Assembly: GCF_000341895.1 (NCBI RefSeq)
Contig: NC_020409.1
Location: 420,001 to 452,000 of the forward strand
Length of the DNA stretch: 32,000 bases
Direction: 5' to 3'
DNA from: Pseudodesulfovibrio piezophilus C1TLV30
GTDB lineage: Bacteria; Desulfobacterota; Desulfovibrionia; Desulfovibrionales; Desulfovibrionaceae
Position 1 is the first letter of the stretch. Every line of letters begins with the position of its first letter. The position numbers were made by a program, and so were the translations under genes. This document shows, piece after piece, positions 15,387-24,876 of the stretch. The notes below the pieces were generated by a model. The model did not search any database. It was given only the letters and a program-made list of their open reading frames with translations, and was not told the origin of the DNA.

Positions 15387-17465
15387 TTATTTTAGTATGC
15401 TTATTAGAGTCTCTGCTATGGTTTCAAGGTTTAAACACACCGTAAAACCAGCTTGATGCATGATTTTGAGCTTTTGTTCGATGCCCATTTCTGTTTCGAG
15501 AATAGCTCCTGCATGCCCCAGTCGTTTGCCGGGAGGCGCAGTACATCCTGCGATGAATGAGACAACTGGTTTATGAAATCCCGTCGAAAGAACGTATTCA
15601 GCCAGATTCTCTTCGGCTTGTCCACCGATTTCCCCAAGAACCACAATAGCCTCTGTCTTGTCATGATATTTGAGCATTTCAAAAAGTTCGACGAAATCAG
15701 TCCCAATGAAAGGGTCTCCGCCAATTCCCAAGCAGAGTGACTGCCCTATTCCACGGGAGGTAAGACGGTCGGCAACTTCATAGGTCAGTGTACCGCTACG
15801 GGAGAGGATTGCCACGGGACCGGCGGAGAATGGAGTCGTCGGCATAATCCCTATTTTCATGGCATCCGGTATAATAATACCCGGAGAATTGGGGCCTATT
15901 ATTTTTGTCTTTGAATGTCTTGTTTGTTCCAAGGTTGCTATCATTTGATGTTGTACAATACCTTCGGTGATACAAATGGCCCACGGAATTTCATTACAGG
16001 CAGCTTCCATGATGGCATCAGTTGCCAAGGAAGGAGGTACAAATATAATAGTGGCACCGATCTCATGATTTGCTTTGGCTTCTACAATGGAATTGTAAAC
16101 TGGAATATTTAAGACATCTTTGCCCCCTTTAAAGGGAGTCACTCCAGCTACCACATTTGTTCCATAGTCAAGCATCAGCCGTGTATGGAGTTGGCCTTCT
16201 CGGCCTGTTATTCCTTGGACAAGGACTGGTGTTTCTTTTGATAGTTCAAATGGATATCCATCTGTCTGTTTCTTATATCTTTTTCTTGTTTGTCGAGGAA
16301 AACTAAGCATGGATTTAACGACAGAGGGGGGGGCGTTTTTCGGGGTAAAATCGTGCAATAAGCAAATTGCAGATTGCATGTCATTGGCAATATGTAAATT
16401 CTTCGTATTCATAGCAGTGAGTATCGCAAGCCCCGCATTCGCATCATTGCCGGCCATTCTGGCTACAATGGGTTTCTGAGGAGGCATTCCATTGAGTGCT
16501 CCCTTCAATGCAAGCGCTACTTTTTCACAGGACAGTATTCCCCCAAATAAATTAATGAAAATTGCTTTCACTTTATGGTCGCCAAAGAGCAATTCCAATG
16601 CTGTTTGCATGCGTTTTTGATCAGCTGCTCCGCCAAGATCAAGAAAGTTGCTTGCTGGAAGATTTGAAAGGTTGAGCAGGTCCATGCTGGCCATTGCCAA
16701 CCCTGCGCCATTGACCATCAGTCCAACCCAACCTGGTAAGCTTACATAGGAAAGGCCGGCATCTCGTGCTGTGTTTTCTTCAGCAGTTGCATGTTCACGT
16801 TGGTAAAACTCTTCCATGGCAGGGTTCAGGTCGACATAGTTGTCATCGATTTCAACCTTGCCATCCAAAGCCGTAAATTGATTTTTATTATCAATGACCA
16901 ATGGATTGATCTCTGCCATCAGGAGGCCGTAATCCAACATTCCCTTAAAAAGGTTCGATACAATCTTTGAAAACATCCCGTAATTATCATTTGTTATATT
17001 CAGATGGAAAAAAGCCGAGCGAATCTGATGAGGGAGAAGACCTTCTGGCAAGTAAATCTGTTGCACCAACAGATTCTCTTTTCCTAACTTTTCTATTTCA
17101 ATACCGCCTTGCCTGCCAACAGTGAGTAAAATACATTTTTTCTCTCTCGATAGAGTCAGTGAAAGGTAGAATTCGCGCTCGATGGGAATAGCAGGTTCAA
17201 TTCTTATAAAAGGAGGAAGCTGATCTTTTATTTTCAAAGAAAAAAGAGTCTTTGCTGTGTCGATGAAATCTTCCTCGCGAGTAACACGCAGAATTCCACC
17301 GGCTTTACCCCGTCCACCGGTCAGTACTTGAGATTTTAAATACCAGGGCAAAGGAAAGGGAGGAGTGGTCTCTTCCGCCTGGCCAGGAGCGACTGTTATT
17401 GCTCTGGGTGTTGGAATGTCAATTTTAGAAAAAAGAATTTTACTGTTATGTTCATTAAGAAGCAT
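15387..17465 (-). CDS. fused succinyl-CoA-synthetase-like protein: SucC-like ATP-grasp beta part + SucD-like CoA-binding alpha part
   Basis: The N-terminal half matches SucC landmarks (LNEHNSKILFSK, TGGRGKAGGI, EINPLV, MVNGAGLAMASMDLL, NFLDLGG, NLFGGI). The C-terminal half matches SucD landmarks (VLVQGITGREG, GVTPFKGG, phosphohistidine loop RLGHAGAI). ATG 17465 (MLLNEH) was preferred because GGGGA lies 6 nt upstream. The alternative start is 17495. Confidence 0.82.
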   Translation of the reverse strand: MLLNEHNSKILFSKIDIPTPRAITVAPGQAEETTPPFPLPWYLKSQVLTGGRGKAGGILRVTREEDFIDTAKTLFSLKIKDQLPPFIRIEPAIPIEREFYLSLTLSREKKCILLTVGRQGGIEIEKLGKENLLVQQIYLPEGLLPHQIRSAFFHLNITNDNYGMFSKIVSNLFKGMLDYGLLMAEINPLVIDNKNQFTALDGKVEIDDNYVDLNPAMEEFYQREHATAEENTARDAGLSYVSLPGWVGLMVNGAGLAMASMDLLNLSNLPASNFLDLGGAADQKRMQTALELLFGDHKVKAIFINLFGGILSCEKVALALKGALNGMPPQKPIVARMAGNDANAGLAILTAMNTKNLHIANDMQSAICLLHDFTPKNAPPSVVKSMLSFPRQTRKRYKKQTDGYPFELSKETPVLVQGITGREGQLHTRLMLDYGTNVVAGVTPFKGGKDVLNIPVYNSIVEAKANHEIGATIIFVPPSLATDAIMEAACNEIPWAICITEGIVQHQMIATLEQTRHSKTKIIGPNSPGIIIPDAMKIGIMPTTPFSAGPVAILSRSGTLTYEVADRLTSRGIGQSLCLGIGGDPFIGTDFVELFEMLKYHDKTEAIVVLGEIGGQAEENLAEYVLSTGFHKPVVSFIAGCTAPPGKRLGHAGAILETEMGIEQKLKIMHQAGFTVCLNLETIAETLISILK

Positions 17466-17780
17466 TGTTATCCCCATTTCTTGATGGAATGCCATCCATT
17501 AATATTTAAGGTCACCTAAGTAACTCATACCACGGAAAAAGAATAGCATAGTGCGTGTTCGCAAGCACTCAGTTTTCACTCTCTCAGAGTGGATAAAGAA
17601 TATTTGCTGACGGGAGATGAGCACCCCTCTGGCGTCTGTCAAGGCGATGGGGGCATATCTTGGGGGAGGACTTTTTGAAAGGCAGCGAGTGAGATACGTG
17701 ATTGTCTTATAGCTGGGCGGGTTCAAGAACCCCTTGCCTCAATCCGTTGTGAAACAAGGAATTCTTTTGTTTTTTAAGGA

Positions 17781-18692
17781 TTACCCATCCGTATTGAGTT
17801 GGGTGATAATTTTTTCTAAAGTCTCAGGTACAATTGATTCTGGGACTTGGCAGGTGCCTACCGCTTGATGCCCTCCGCCGCCGAAAGTTAACATCAATTT
17901 CCCGATGTCGCTTTTGCTCGTTTTGTTCGTAATGGAGTGCCCCACGGTTAAGACAACATTTTGTTTCTTGAATCCCCAGATGACGCGGATACTGACATTA
18001 CAATCAGGAAAGAGAGTATAGACCATAAATCGATTCCCACAATAAATTGGTGCCTGATCACGCAGGTCAATCACCACTACATTGTCATGTACTTTTGTGT
18101 TTGCCTTCAACATATCGATAAATAAAGGTTCATCTTCGTAATATTTATCAATGCGCTCTCGAACATCTGGAAGCTGCATGATTTCTTCCGCTGTCATAGT
18201 TCTGCAATATTCGATCATATCAAGCATGAGCTGATAATTACTAATTCTATAATCGCGATATCGCCCTAATCCGGTTCGAGGGTCCATCATGTAGCCAAGC
18301 AAAATCCACCCTGTTGGTTTGGTTATATCATTTGTAGAGAGAGCAGCAGAGTCAACTTTATCAACCGCATCCATCATGGGGATGAAACCTGGAGGAAATT
18401 TGTCAGCACCATAATATTCATAAATGACACGCGCACAACTTGGGAGTGGAGTACTTCTCCCCTCAAATTCTATATCACCTAAACGGTCTTTTTCACTTGT
18501 GTGGTGATCAAACCAGAGGCCACAACCCGGAACATACGGAACATTAGCTAAAACATCTTTTTTACTGACTTCAACCTTACCGTCTTGGAGATCTTTGGGG
18601 TGAGCAAAGAGATAGTCATCAATAATATTCATGTGTTTCAGCAATGTGGCACAAACAAGGCCATCGAAATCAGATCGGGTAACTAGCCTCAT
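17781..18692 (-). CDS. DHH/DHHA1 family phosphoesterase
   Basis: Motifs SDFDGLV, WFDHH and the DHHA1 GGGGH are present. GGAG RBS. Confidence 0.75.
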   Translation of the reverse strand: MRLVTRSDFDGLVCATLLKHMNIIDDYLFAHPKDLQDGKVEVSKKDVLANVPYVPGCGLWFDHHTSEKDRLGDIEFEGRSTPLPSCARVIYEYYGADKFPPGFIPMMDAVDKVDSAALSTNDITKPTGWILLGYMMDPRTGLGRYRDYRISNYQLMLDMIEYCRTMTAEEIMQLPDVRERIDKYYEDEPLFIDMLKANTKVHDNVVVIDLRDQAPIYCGNRFMVYTLFPDCNVSIRVIWGFKKQNVVLTVGHSITNKTSKSDIGKLMLTFGGGGHQAVGTCQVPESIVPETLEKIITQLNTDG

Positions 18693-18753
18693 AGCATCTA
18701 CTCCGTTAAATTTAAGTCAGTTGGGAACATAAAATTAAGTATGTGGTGTTGAT

Positions 18754-18782
18754 TTATTATGTGCTCCAGTTTTTTTTGTCAA
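18754..18782 (-). promoter_or_regulatory. candidate sigma-70 promoter for the DHH gene
   Basis: The minus strand reads TTGACA (18777-18782), 17 nt, TAATAA (18754-18759). Confidence 0.35.
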
Positions 18783-18799
18783 AATAAGAACGTTATTAT

Positions 18800-19906
18800 T
18801 TAACTGTAACGGCGTAATTCGCTTGCCCGTAGCTCCCTGAGCAGCTTGCCAGAGGCCGGTCCTTTATTGTGCATATTAGGTGGCAACGAAACTGATAAAA
18901 TTAACTCTAAGTCTCGCAACGCACGTTCTGTGAAATTGAGAGATTGATCAGCAACAACGAGTGTGAGTACTCCTTGAAGGCATTTGGAAATATGAAGGTC
19001 AACGAGTAAGTCTACCTTTGTTGTCGGGCGTAATTCATCATAACGGGCTACAAGCATATGCCACCGTGCTGCTTGAGAACCAGCTTGGGAAAAACTGTTA
19101 GACAGACGTATTCGCGATGCGATGTCCACCGCTCTTTTTATTCCTCTTTTATCATGACCATAGTGAGAGGGGAGGAGTTCTTTGGGTGTGGAGGTTTTTC
19201 CAAGATCATGACAAAATCCCATCCAAACTTGTTTGCTTTCGCCAGCCATGCGATCCATTACCTCTGCGGTGTGTTCTATTACATTGGAATTGTGGTATTT
19301 GGAGGGGCCAGCAGGTATGGATAATCCGCCGTCAAACTCTGTAAACCATGGTGAAAGGCATCCTCCAAGGGCCAGAAGGCGCAAGTAGTTGCCTGGCCTT
19401 GCCGAAGAGAGGGCCTTGAGAGTTTCTTGGCCTATACGATCAGGGGCAAGAGTGTTTAGTAAGCCTTTCCTGGCGACAGAGTGCATACTGTCCAGTAACT
19501 CTTGGTGTGGTGAAAAATCAGGAAATTTGGCCCAGAAGCGTGCTGCTCGGAATATTCTAAGAGGGTCTTCCTGAAAAGCATGAGAAGATGCGGGTCTCAA
19601 TGTCAAAGTATGCAGATCTTCAAGTGCTTTGGGATGACAGAGAAGAGTACCATTTTCATCCAAGATGAGAGCATTGACAGTTAAGTCTCTGTTCTTTAAA
19701 TCTTTATCCAGAGTGGGAGCTCTTAGAAATGAAAATTCGCATCCATTGATAAGAAAAACAGGAAAAGACTTGCCAACTCTTTTAGCCAGCGGGAATCTTC
19801 TCTTAAACTCTTCCTGAGTTATTTCGGTTACAAGATAGTCGCGGTCAGTAATGGAATTTCCCAACAAGAGATCGCGCACAGCTCCGCCAGCGAGATAAAT
19901 ATTCAT
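18800..19906 (-). CDS. cca: CCA-adding tRNA nucleotidyltransferase with HD domain
   Basis: MNIYLAGGAVRDLLLGNSITDRDYLV and FCHDLGKTSTP mirror E. coli Cca (MKIYLVGGAVRD..., HDLGK) as I remember it. Confidence 0.85.
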   Translation of the reverse strand: MNIYLAGGAVRDLLLGNSITDRDYLVTEITQEEFKRRFPLAKRVGKSFPVFLINGCEFSFLRAPTLDKDLKNRDLTVNALILDENGTLLCHPKALEDLHTLTLRPASSHAFQEDPLRIFRAARFWAKFPDFSPHQELLDSMHSVARKGLLNTLAPDRIGQETLKALSSARPGNYLRLLALGGCLSPWFTEFDGGLSIPAGPSKYHNSNVIEHTAEVMDRMAGESKQVWMGFCHDLGKTSTPKELLPSHYGHDKRGIKRAVDIASRIRLSNSFSQAGSQAARWHMLVARYDELRPTTKVDLLVDLHISKCLQGVLTLVVADQSLNFTERALRDLELILSVSLPPNMHNKGPASGKLLRELRASELRRYS

Positions 19907-19932
19907 ATCCAGTAACTATCATAAGGTAAATC

Positions 19933-20853
19933 ATGCTGCCACCAGGAATTTATTTGTGGGAATCTGGAGATCAATCCCTTGTGAGTCCTTCAACCACGGA
20001 ATCTATTTCTCTAACAAGTCCTCTATGGAAAAGGGAAATTGAACGGTGTGGACCATGGAATGATATCGTAACAGTAGATGGCGTCGGGGATTTTCTTCAA
20101 AGCTCCATAGTGACAGACTTGACCATTGTAGTTTGTGGCAAATGCTCAACAACGATGGAGGCAATTCGTGCTCTGGAGAAGAATAATATACTTGGAGAAT
20201 GGGGCACTCTCATTGCTGTTGAACAAAGTCATGGGCGCGGGCAATTGAGGCGTCATTGGATCTCTCCGCCTGGCAATCTCCATGCTTCAGCTCTTCTTCC
20301 AGCAACGCCAAAAGAGGGGATTTGGAGAGGTGCAATGAATGATCTTCTTCCTCTTGTCTGTGGCTATCTTTTATCAGATGGACTTGCTCTCGCGGGTGCT
20401 CAAACTCAAATAAAATGGCCCAACGACCTTCTCCAAAATAATCGTAAAATTGGTGGGATCCTGATTGAAGAGCAAGGAGGGGTAGATATTCTTGGATTCG
20501 GGTTGAATTTTGTTCAGTCTCCACCTGATGCGCTCATGCGCGAAAATCATTCTGTTTCAGCGGCTGTTTTGCAAACAGAGTTTGGTTCATTGGGGGTCCT
20601 TGAGCTCTGGGAAACCCTTGTGAACCACAGTAAAAGGGTGTATGACTTTGTGCTTGGCGAGTTGACTCCATCCCAATTCCGTTCGGCCCTCACCAATCGG
20701 CTTGCATGGTTAGGCAAGCAGATTTTGGTCCAGGAAGGGGATAAAGAAGCCTATTTTGCCAAGGTCGTCGGAATTTCATCTCGTGGTGGACTCAAGGTTT
20801 GTCACGCAGAAGGGGAAGGAGTTCTCTTCTCCGGTTCAATTGCCCCTCTATAG
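19933..20853 (+). CDS. birA: biotin-[acetyl-CoA-carboxylase] ligase BirA (no recognisable HTH; about 60-aa N-terminal extension)
   Basis: GRGQLRRHWISPPGNL (GRGRxGRxW loop) and KWPNDLLQNNRKIGGILIE are present. Confidence 0.85.
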   Translation: MLPPGIYLWESGDQSLVSPSTTESISLTSPLWKREIERCGPWNDIVTVDGVGDFLQSSIVTDLTIVVCGKCSTTMEAIRALEKNNILGEWGTLIAVEQSHGRGQLRRHWISPPGNLHASALLPATPKEGIWRGAMNDLLPLVCGYLLSDGLALAGAQTQIKWPNDLLQNNRKIGGILIEEQGGVDILGFGLNFVQSPPDALMRENHSVSAAVLQTEFGSLGVLELWETLVNHSKRVYDFVLGELTPSQFRSALTNRLAWLGKQILVQEGDKEAYFAKVVGISSRGGLKVCHAEGEGVLFSGSIAPL

Positions 20854-20916
20854 CCATTTTCGTGGCAGGCTTTACGCCAAGAGGCGATTTTCAGTCATTT
20901 CTGTTTAAGGAGATCA

Positions 20917-23900
20917 GTGGTATCCATGCAACCGAAGTCCTTTGAAAAGGTGCTTGAAGAGGTTAAGGGGAAACGCATTCTTGTTGCCAACCGGGGAATC
21001 CCGGCTCGGCGTATTTCCCGTTCAATTACTGAGATGTTCAACGCAAAGGCGATCATGACCGCCACGGATGTTGATAAAACATCTCCCGCAACCTCAGGAG
21101 CCAATGAGCTGCTCATGCTCGGCGCAGATCCGCGTGCTTATCTTGATCTTGACCGAGTTATTCGAAAAGCCAAGGCCAACGATGCCGTAGCCATTCATCC
21201 TGGATGGGGATTTGGTGCCGAAGATGATTCTTTTCCGGCTAAGTGTAAAGAGGCCGGTCTGATTTTTATCGGTCCTCCACAAGAACCGATGAGAATACTC
21301 GGAAATAAAGTTGCGGTTAGGAAGTTGGCGCAAGAGCAAAATGTTCCTGTTGTCCCGGGCTCAGAGGGAGCCGTTTCGATCCCTGAGGCCCGTGTGATTG
21401 CACAGGAGATTGGTTTCCCTGTGATGCTTAAGGCTGAGGGGGGCGGTGGTGGCCGTGGGATTTATGAAGTTTACAAAGAAGAGGATTTGGAAAACGCTTT
21501 TTCCAAAGCATCGGCTTTAGCTCAGGCTTCTTTTGGAAATCCTAGGCTCTATGTAGAAAAATTATTGACTTCTGTTCGGCATATCGAAATTCAGGTTGTT
21601 GCCGATATGTACGGCAATGTCTTTTGCTTTGATGAAAGAGATTGTTCAGTCCAAAGAAATCATCAAAAGCTGATTGAGATAACTCCATCACCTTGGCCAA
21701 AGTATACAGAAGAGCTTCGCCAACAGCTGAAGGAATACTCTCGGCGTCTTGTTTCTGCCGTTGGGTATTACTCGCTGGCAACAGTGGAATTTCTTGTTGA
21801 TAAAGATTGTGTGCCCTATTTGATTGAGGTCAATACCCGTCTTCAGGTTGAGCATGGTATTACGGAATGCCGGTATGGAATTGATCTTGTCGAAGAACAG
21901 ATTGCCATTGCTTTCGGTGCTGAACTCAGGCTGAGTGACGAGAAGACAAAGGCTTACCAGTGGGCTTTCCAGTGCCGCATCAACTGTGAAGATCCCCAGA
22001 AAAATTTTGAACCTAATTCTGGTCGAATCACACGATATGTTTCACCGGGTGGCCAGGGAATCAGGATCGATTCCTGTATTGGTGACGGCTACAGATTCCC
22101 ATCCAATTATGACTCTGCTGCTGCACTGCTGATTTCTTACGGTAACTCCTGGCATAAGGTTGTTGCCCTGATGAAGCGCGCTCTACGAGAGTACATGATT
22201 GGTGGATTGAAGACGACTATTCCGTTTCATAGAAAGATCATTGAGCATCAAAAGTTTGTTGATGCCGACTATGATACCAACTTTGTACGGCAAAATTACG
22301 CAGAATTAATGGACTATTCTGATAGAGAACCGGATTCTTTGCGTATGACTCGTTTAATCGCCGAAATTTCTGCACTGGGATACAATAAATATCTCCAACT
22401 TGGAGAGTATAGAGGGCGCGATGATAAACGTGTAGGACGTTTCGAGTTGGCTGAACCACCGGAAATTTCTACATGGTTTGAACCGCACTTTGTGCGCGGA
22501 ATGGATAGAGATACCATTCTTGATACGTTGCGAGCCGATCGTGAAGCCGGAATAATCAATATGACGGATACGACCACTCGTGACATTACGCAATCAAATA
22601 GCGGCAATAGGTTTCGCTTAGCTGAAGATGCCATTGTTGGGCCCAGCCTTGATAAGTGTGGTTTCTTTTCACTCGAAAATGGTGGTGGAGCACATTTCCA
22701 TGTCGCTATGCTTGCCAATATGACATACCCCTTTCTTGAGGCTGCAGAATGGAACAGATTTGCTCCGAAGTCATTGAAGCAGATATTGATTCGTTCTACA
22801 AATGTATTGGGATATAAGCCTCAGCCAAAGAATGCCATGCGTATGACTGGGGAGATGATCAATGAACATTACGATGTTATCCGGTGTTTTGATTTTCTTA
22901 ACCACATAGAGAATATGCGGCCATTTGCGGAAGTGGCTTTGAATTCAACAAAGAATGTTTTCGAGCCGTCGCTTTCTTTGTCTTGGGCCAAAGGGTTTAC
23001 GGTGGAGCGCTATTTAACTGTGACATCTGAGATTGTTCGCATGTGTGCAGACGTCGCAGGGGTCAGTGAGAAAAAAGCGCAAAAACTATTCATTCTCGGT
23101 CTCAAAGATATGGCTGGAGTTTGTCCTCCCAGATTCATGCGTGAGTTGATTGGTGCAATAACAAAGAAATACCCTGAATTGGTTATCCATAGCCATCGTC
23201 ATTACACTGATGGGTTGTTTGTTCCAACCATGGGAGCTGCAGCTGAAGCCGGTGCCCATATTATCGATGTTGCTGTTGGTGCTTCTGTTCGTTGGTACGG
23301 ACAAGGAGAAGTCTTATCTACAGCAACGTACATCGAGGATGAAGTGGGTCTGAAGACTCATATTGATAAAGATATGGTTCGGGCTACCAACTTTCGGCTC
23401 AAGCAGATAATGCCTTATTATGACCGCTATACCGCACCATATTTCCAAGGCATTGATCATGATGTCGTTCGGCATGGCATGCCGGGCGGAGCGACGTCTT
23501 CTTCTCAAGAAGGAGCGCTGAAGCAAGGATACATCAAATTGCTGCCATATATGTTGAAATTTTTGGAAGGAACACGCAAGATAGTACGGTATCATGATGT
23601 GACCCCTGGATCGCAGATAACTTGGAATACTGCTTTTCTGGGAGTTACAGGTGCATATAAGCGCGGAGGAGAGCGTGAGGTTCGTCGGATACTCAATATG
23701 CTCGACATTGCGAATCTTTGTCGAGAAGAGGAATTGACCAATCTTGAAAGAGAAGCTCGTTTGGATATCTATCGGGATTCCAATGATGCCTTTAGGAATT
23801 TGCTTCTTGGAAAATTCGGCAAGCTCCCTCTTGGATTTCCTGCTGACTGGGTCTATCAGTCCGCTTTTGGAAAAGGATGGGAAACTGCAATAGCGGAACG

Positions 23901-24627
23901 CACAGAAGATTCCCCTCTTACAACGTTGCCCGATGTAGACCTGCCTGCTGAAAAAGCTGCTTTACAAAAAAGATTACATCGTCAGCCGACGGAAGAAGAA
24001 TTTATCATGTATCTCAATCATCCTGGTGATGCCATCACGACGATCGAGTTTTGTGAGAAGTTTGGTAATGTTAATAATTTGCCAGTTGACGTTTGGTTTG
24101 AAGGCTTGGAGAAAGGCGAAGTCCTGAATTTTCAAGGGAATTGTAAAAAGCCCCATAGAATGAGAATTTTAGACATTTCAGAACCAGATGAGAATGGGAT
24201 GACTGTTGTTCGATATGTCTTGGATTCAGAGATAATGAGTCATCAGGTAAAAGTGGCCGAACCAGACAGTGGAGGAAAGGATTCAACAGAGATGGCAGAT
24301 CCGACCAATCAATACCATGTAGGATCACCCAGCAACGGAGATCTTTGGGTGACACATGTTCATCCTGGTGACAAGGTCAAAGCTGGAGAAGAGCTCTTTA
24401 ATATATCTATCATGAAACAAGAAAAATCTGTTTTATCTCCTGTGAACGGCACTGTTCGTCGGGTGATTAAATCTGGTAATTATACAGAAGATAAAAAGAT
24501 GATTCCCGTTGTTGAAGGTGAGTTGATTGTTGAGCTTGGGCCTGTCGCAGGTTCCTGCCCCACATGTAAGCATGAGATTCCCGGAGAAGAGTATAATTTC
24601 TGTCCCAACTGTGGCCAGAAGGTATAA
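20917..24627 (+). CDS. pyc: pyruvate carboxylase, single-chain (BC + CT + BCCP) with a C-terminal CxxC-x12-CxxC tail
   Basis: Biotin carboxylase N-terminus (ILVANRGIPARRI, GGGGRGI), carboxyltransferase TIM region, and biotinyl domain with an IMKQE lysine. The start is ambiguous: GTG 20917 is 4 nt after AAGGAG and ATG 20926 is 13 nt after it. Confidence 0.9.
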   Translation: MVSMQPKSFEKVLEEVKGKRILVANRGIPARRISRSITEMFNAKAIMTATDVDKTSPATSGANELLMLGADPRAYLDLDRVIRKAKANDAVAIHPGWGFGAEDDSFPAKCKEAGLIFIGPPQEPMRILGNKVAVRKLAQEQNVPVVPGSEGAVSIPEARVIAQEIGFPVMLKAEGGGGGRGIYEVYKEEDLENAFSKASALAQASFGNPRLYVEKLLTSVRHIEIQVVADMYGNVFCFDERDCSVQRNHQKLIEITPSPWPKYTEELRQQLKEYSRRLVSAVGYYSLATVEFLVDKDCVPYLIEVNTRLQVEHGITECRYGIDLVEEQIAIAFGAELRLSDEKTKAYQWAFQCRINCEDPQKNFEPNSGRITRYVSPGGQGIRIDSCIGDGYRFPSNYDSAAALLISYGNSWHKVVALMKRALREYMIGGLKTTIPFHRKIIEHQKFVDADYDTNFVRQNYAELMDYSDREPDSLRMTRLIAEISALGYNKYLQLGEYRGRDDKRVGRFELAEPPEISTWFEPHFVRGMDRDTILDTLRADREAGIINMTDTTTRDITQSNSGNRFRLAEDAIVGPSLDKCGFFSLENGGGAHFHVAMLANMTYPFLEAAEWNRFAPKSLKQILIRSTNVLGYKPQPKNAMRMTGEMINEHYDVIRCFDFLNHIENMRPFAEVALNSTKNVFEPSLSLSWAKGFTVERYLTVTSEIVRMCADVAGVSEKKAQKLFILGLKDMAGVCPPRFMRELIGAITKKYPELVIHSHRHYTDGLFVPTMGAAAEAGAHIIDVAVGASVRWYGQGEVLSTATYIEDEVGLKTHIDKDMVRATNFRLKQIMPYYDRYTAPYFQGIDHDVVRHGMPGGATSSSQEGALKQGYIKLLPYMLKFLEGTRKIVRYHDVTPGSQITWNTAFLGVTGAYKRGGEREVRRILNMLDIANLCREEELTNLEREARLDIYRDSNDAFRNLLLGKFGKLPLGFPADWVYQSAFGKGWETAIAERTEDSPLTTLPDVDLPAEKAALQKRLHRQPTEEEFIMYLNHPGDAITTIEFCEKFGNVNNLPVDVWFEGLEKGEVLNFQGNCKKPHRMRILDISEPDENGMTVVRYVLDSEIMSHQVKVAEPDSGGKDSTEMADPTNQYHVGSPSNGDLWVTHVHPGDKVKAGEELFNISIMKQEKSVLSPVNGTVRRVIKSGNYTEDKKMIPVVEGELIVELGPVAGSCPTCKHEIPGEEYNFCPNCGQKV

Positions 24628-24699
24628 CTTTATTTTGCTGAACTGAGAATTGGTTCTAAAATAAAATGAACTAATTTTTTAAATTGAGTGAATAAACTG

Positions 24700-24746
24700 A
24701 AGAAGGGTGATTGGCTTTTAAAGCCTGTCATCCTTCTTTTTTTTTA
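24700..24746 (+). terminator. intrinsic terminator after pyc
   Basis: AAGAAGGGTGA..GGCTT-TTA-AAGCC..TCATCCTTCTT, followed by a T-run of about 9. Confidence 0.8.
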
Positions 24747-24847
24747 TACTTTTATTACCTGCCATTTATGTTTATACAGTATGAATAAGATGCTTTTTTT
24801 AGCTAAATTTGTTCAGAGGTAGAACCAATAGTTTCATTGACGGAAGA

Positions 24848-24876
24848 GTTGAATACCCTGTAAGCGGGTACTCAAC
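24848..24876. repeat. 11-bp inverted repeat upstream of the dikinase gene
   Basis: GTTGAATACCC-TGTAAGC-GGGTACTCAAC (one mismatch). It directly follows a TTGACG hexamer (24837-24842). Confidence 0.6.

Noticed and set aside
17499-17726. 75-aa minus-strand ORF in the long gap between the DHH gene and the SucCD-like gene
   Set aside because: It has no Shine-Dalgarno sequence and an implausible composition, and its stop abuts the next gene's start region. It was treated as non-coding; the gap itself is flagged as a finding.
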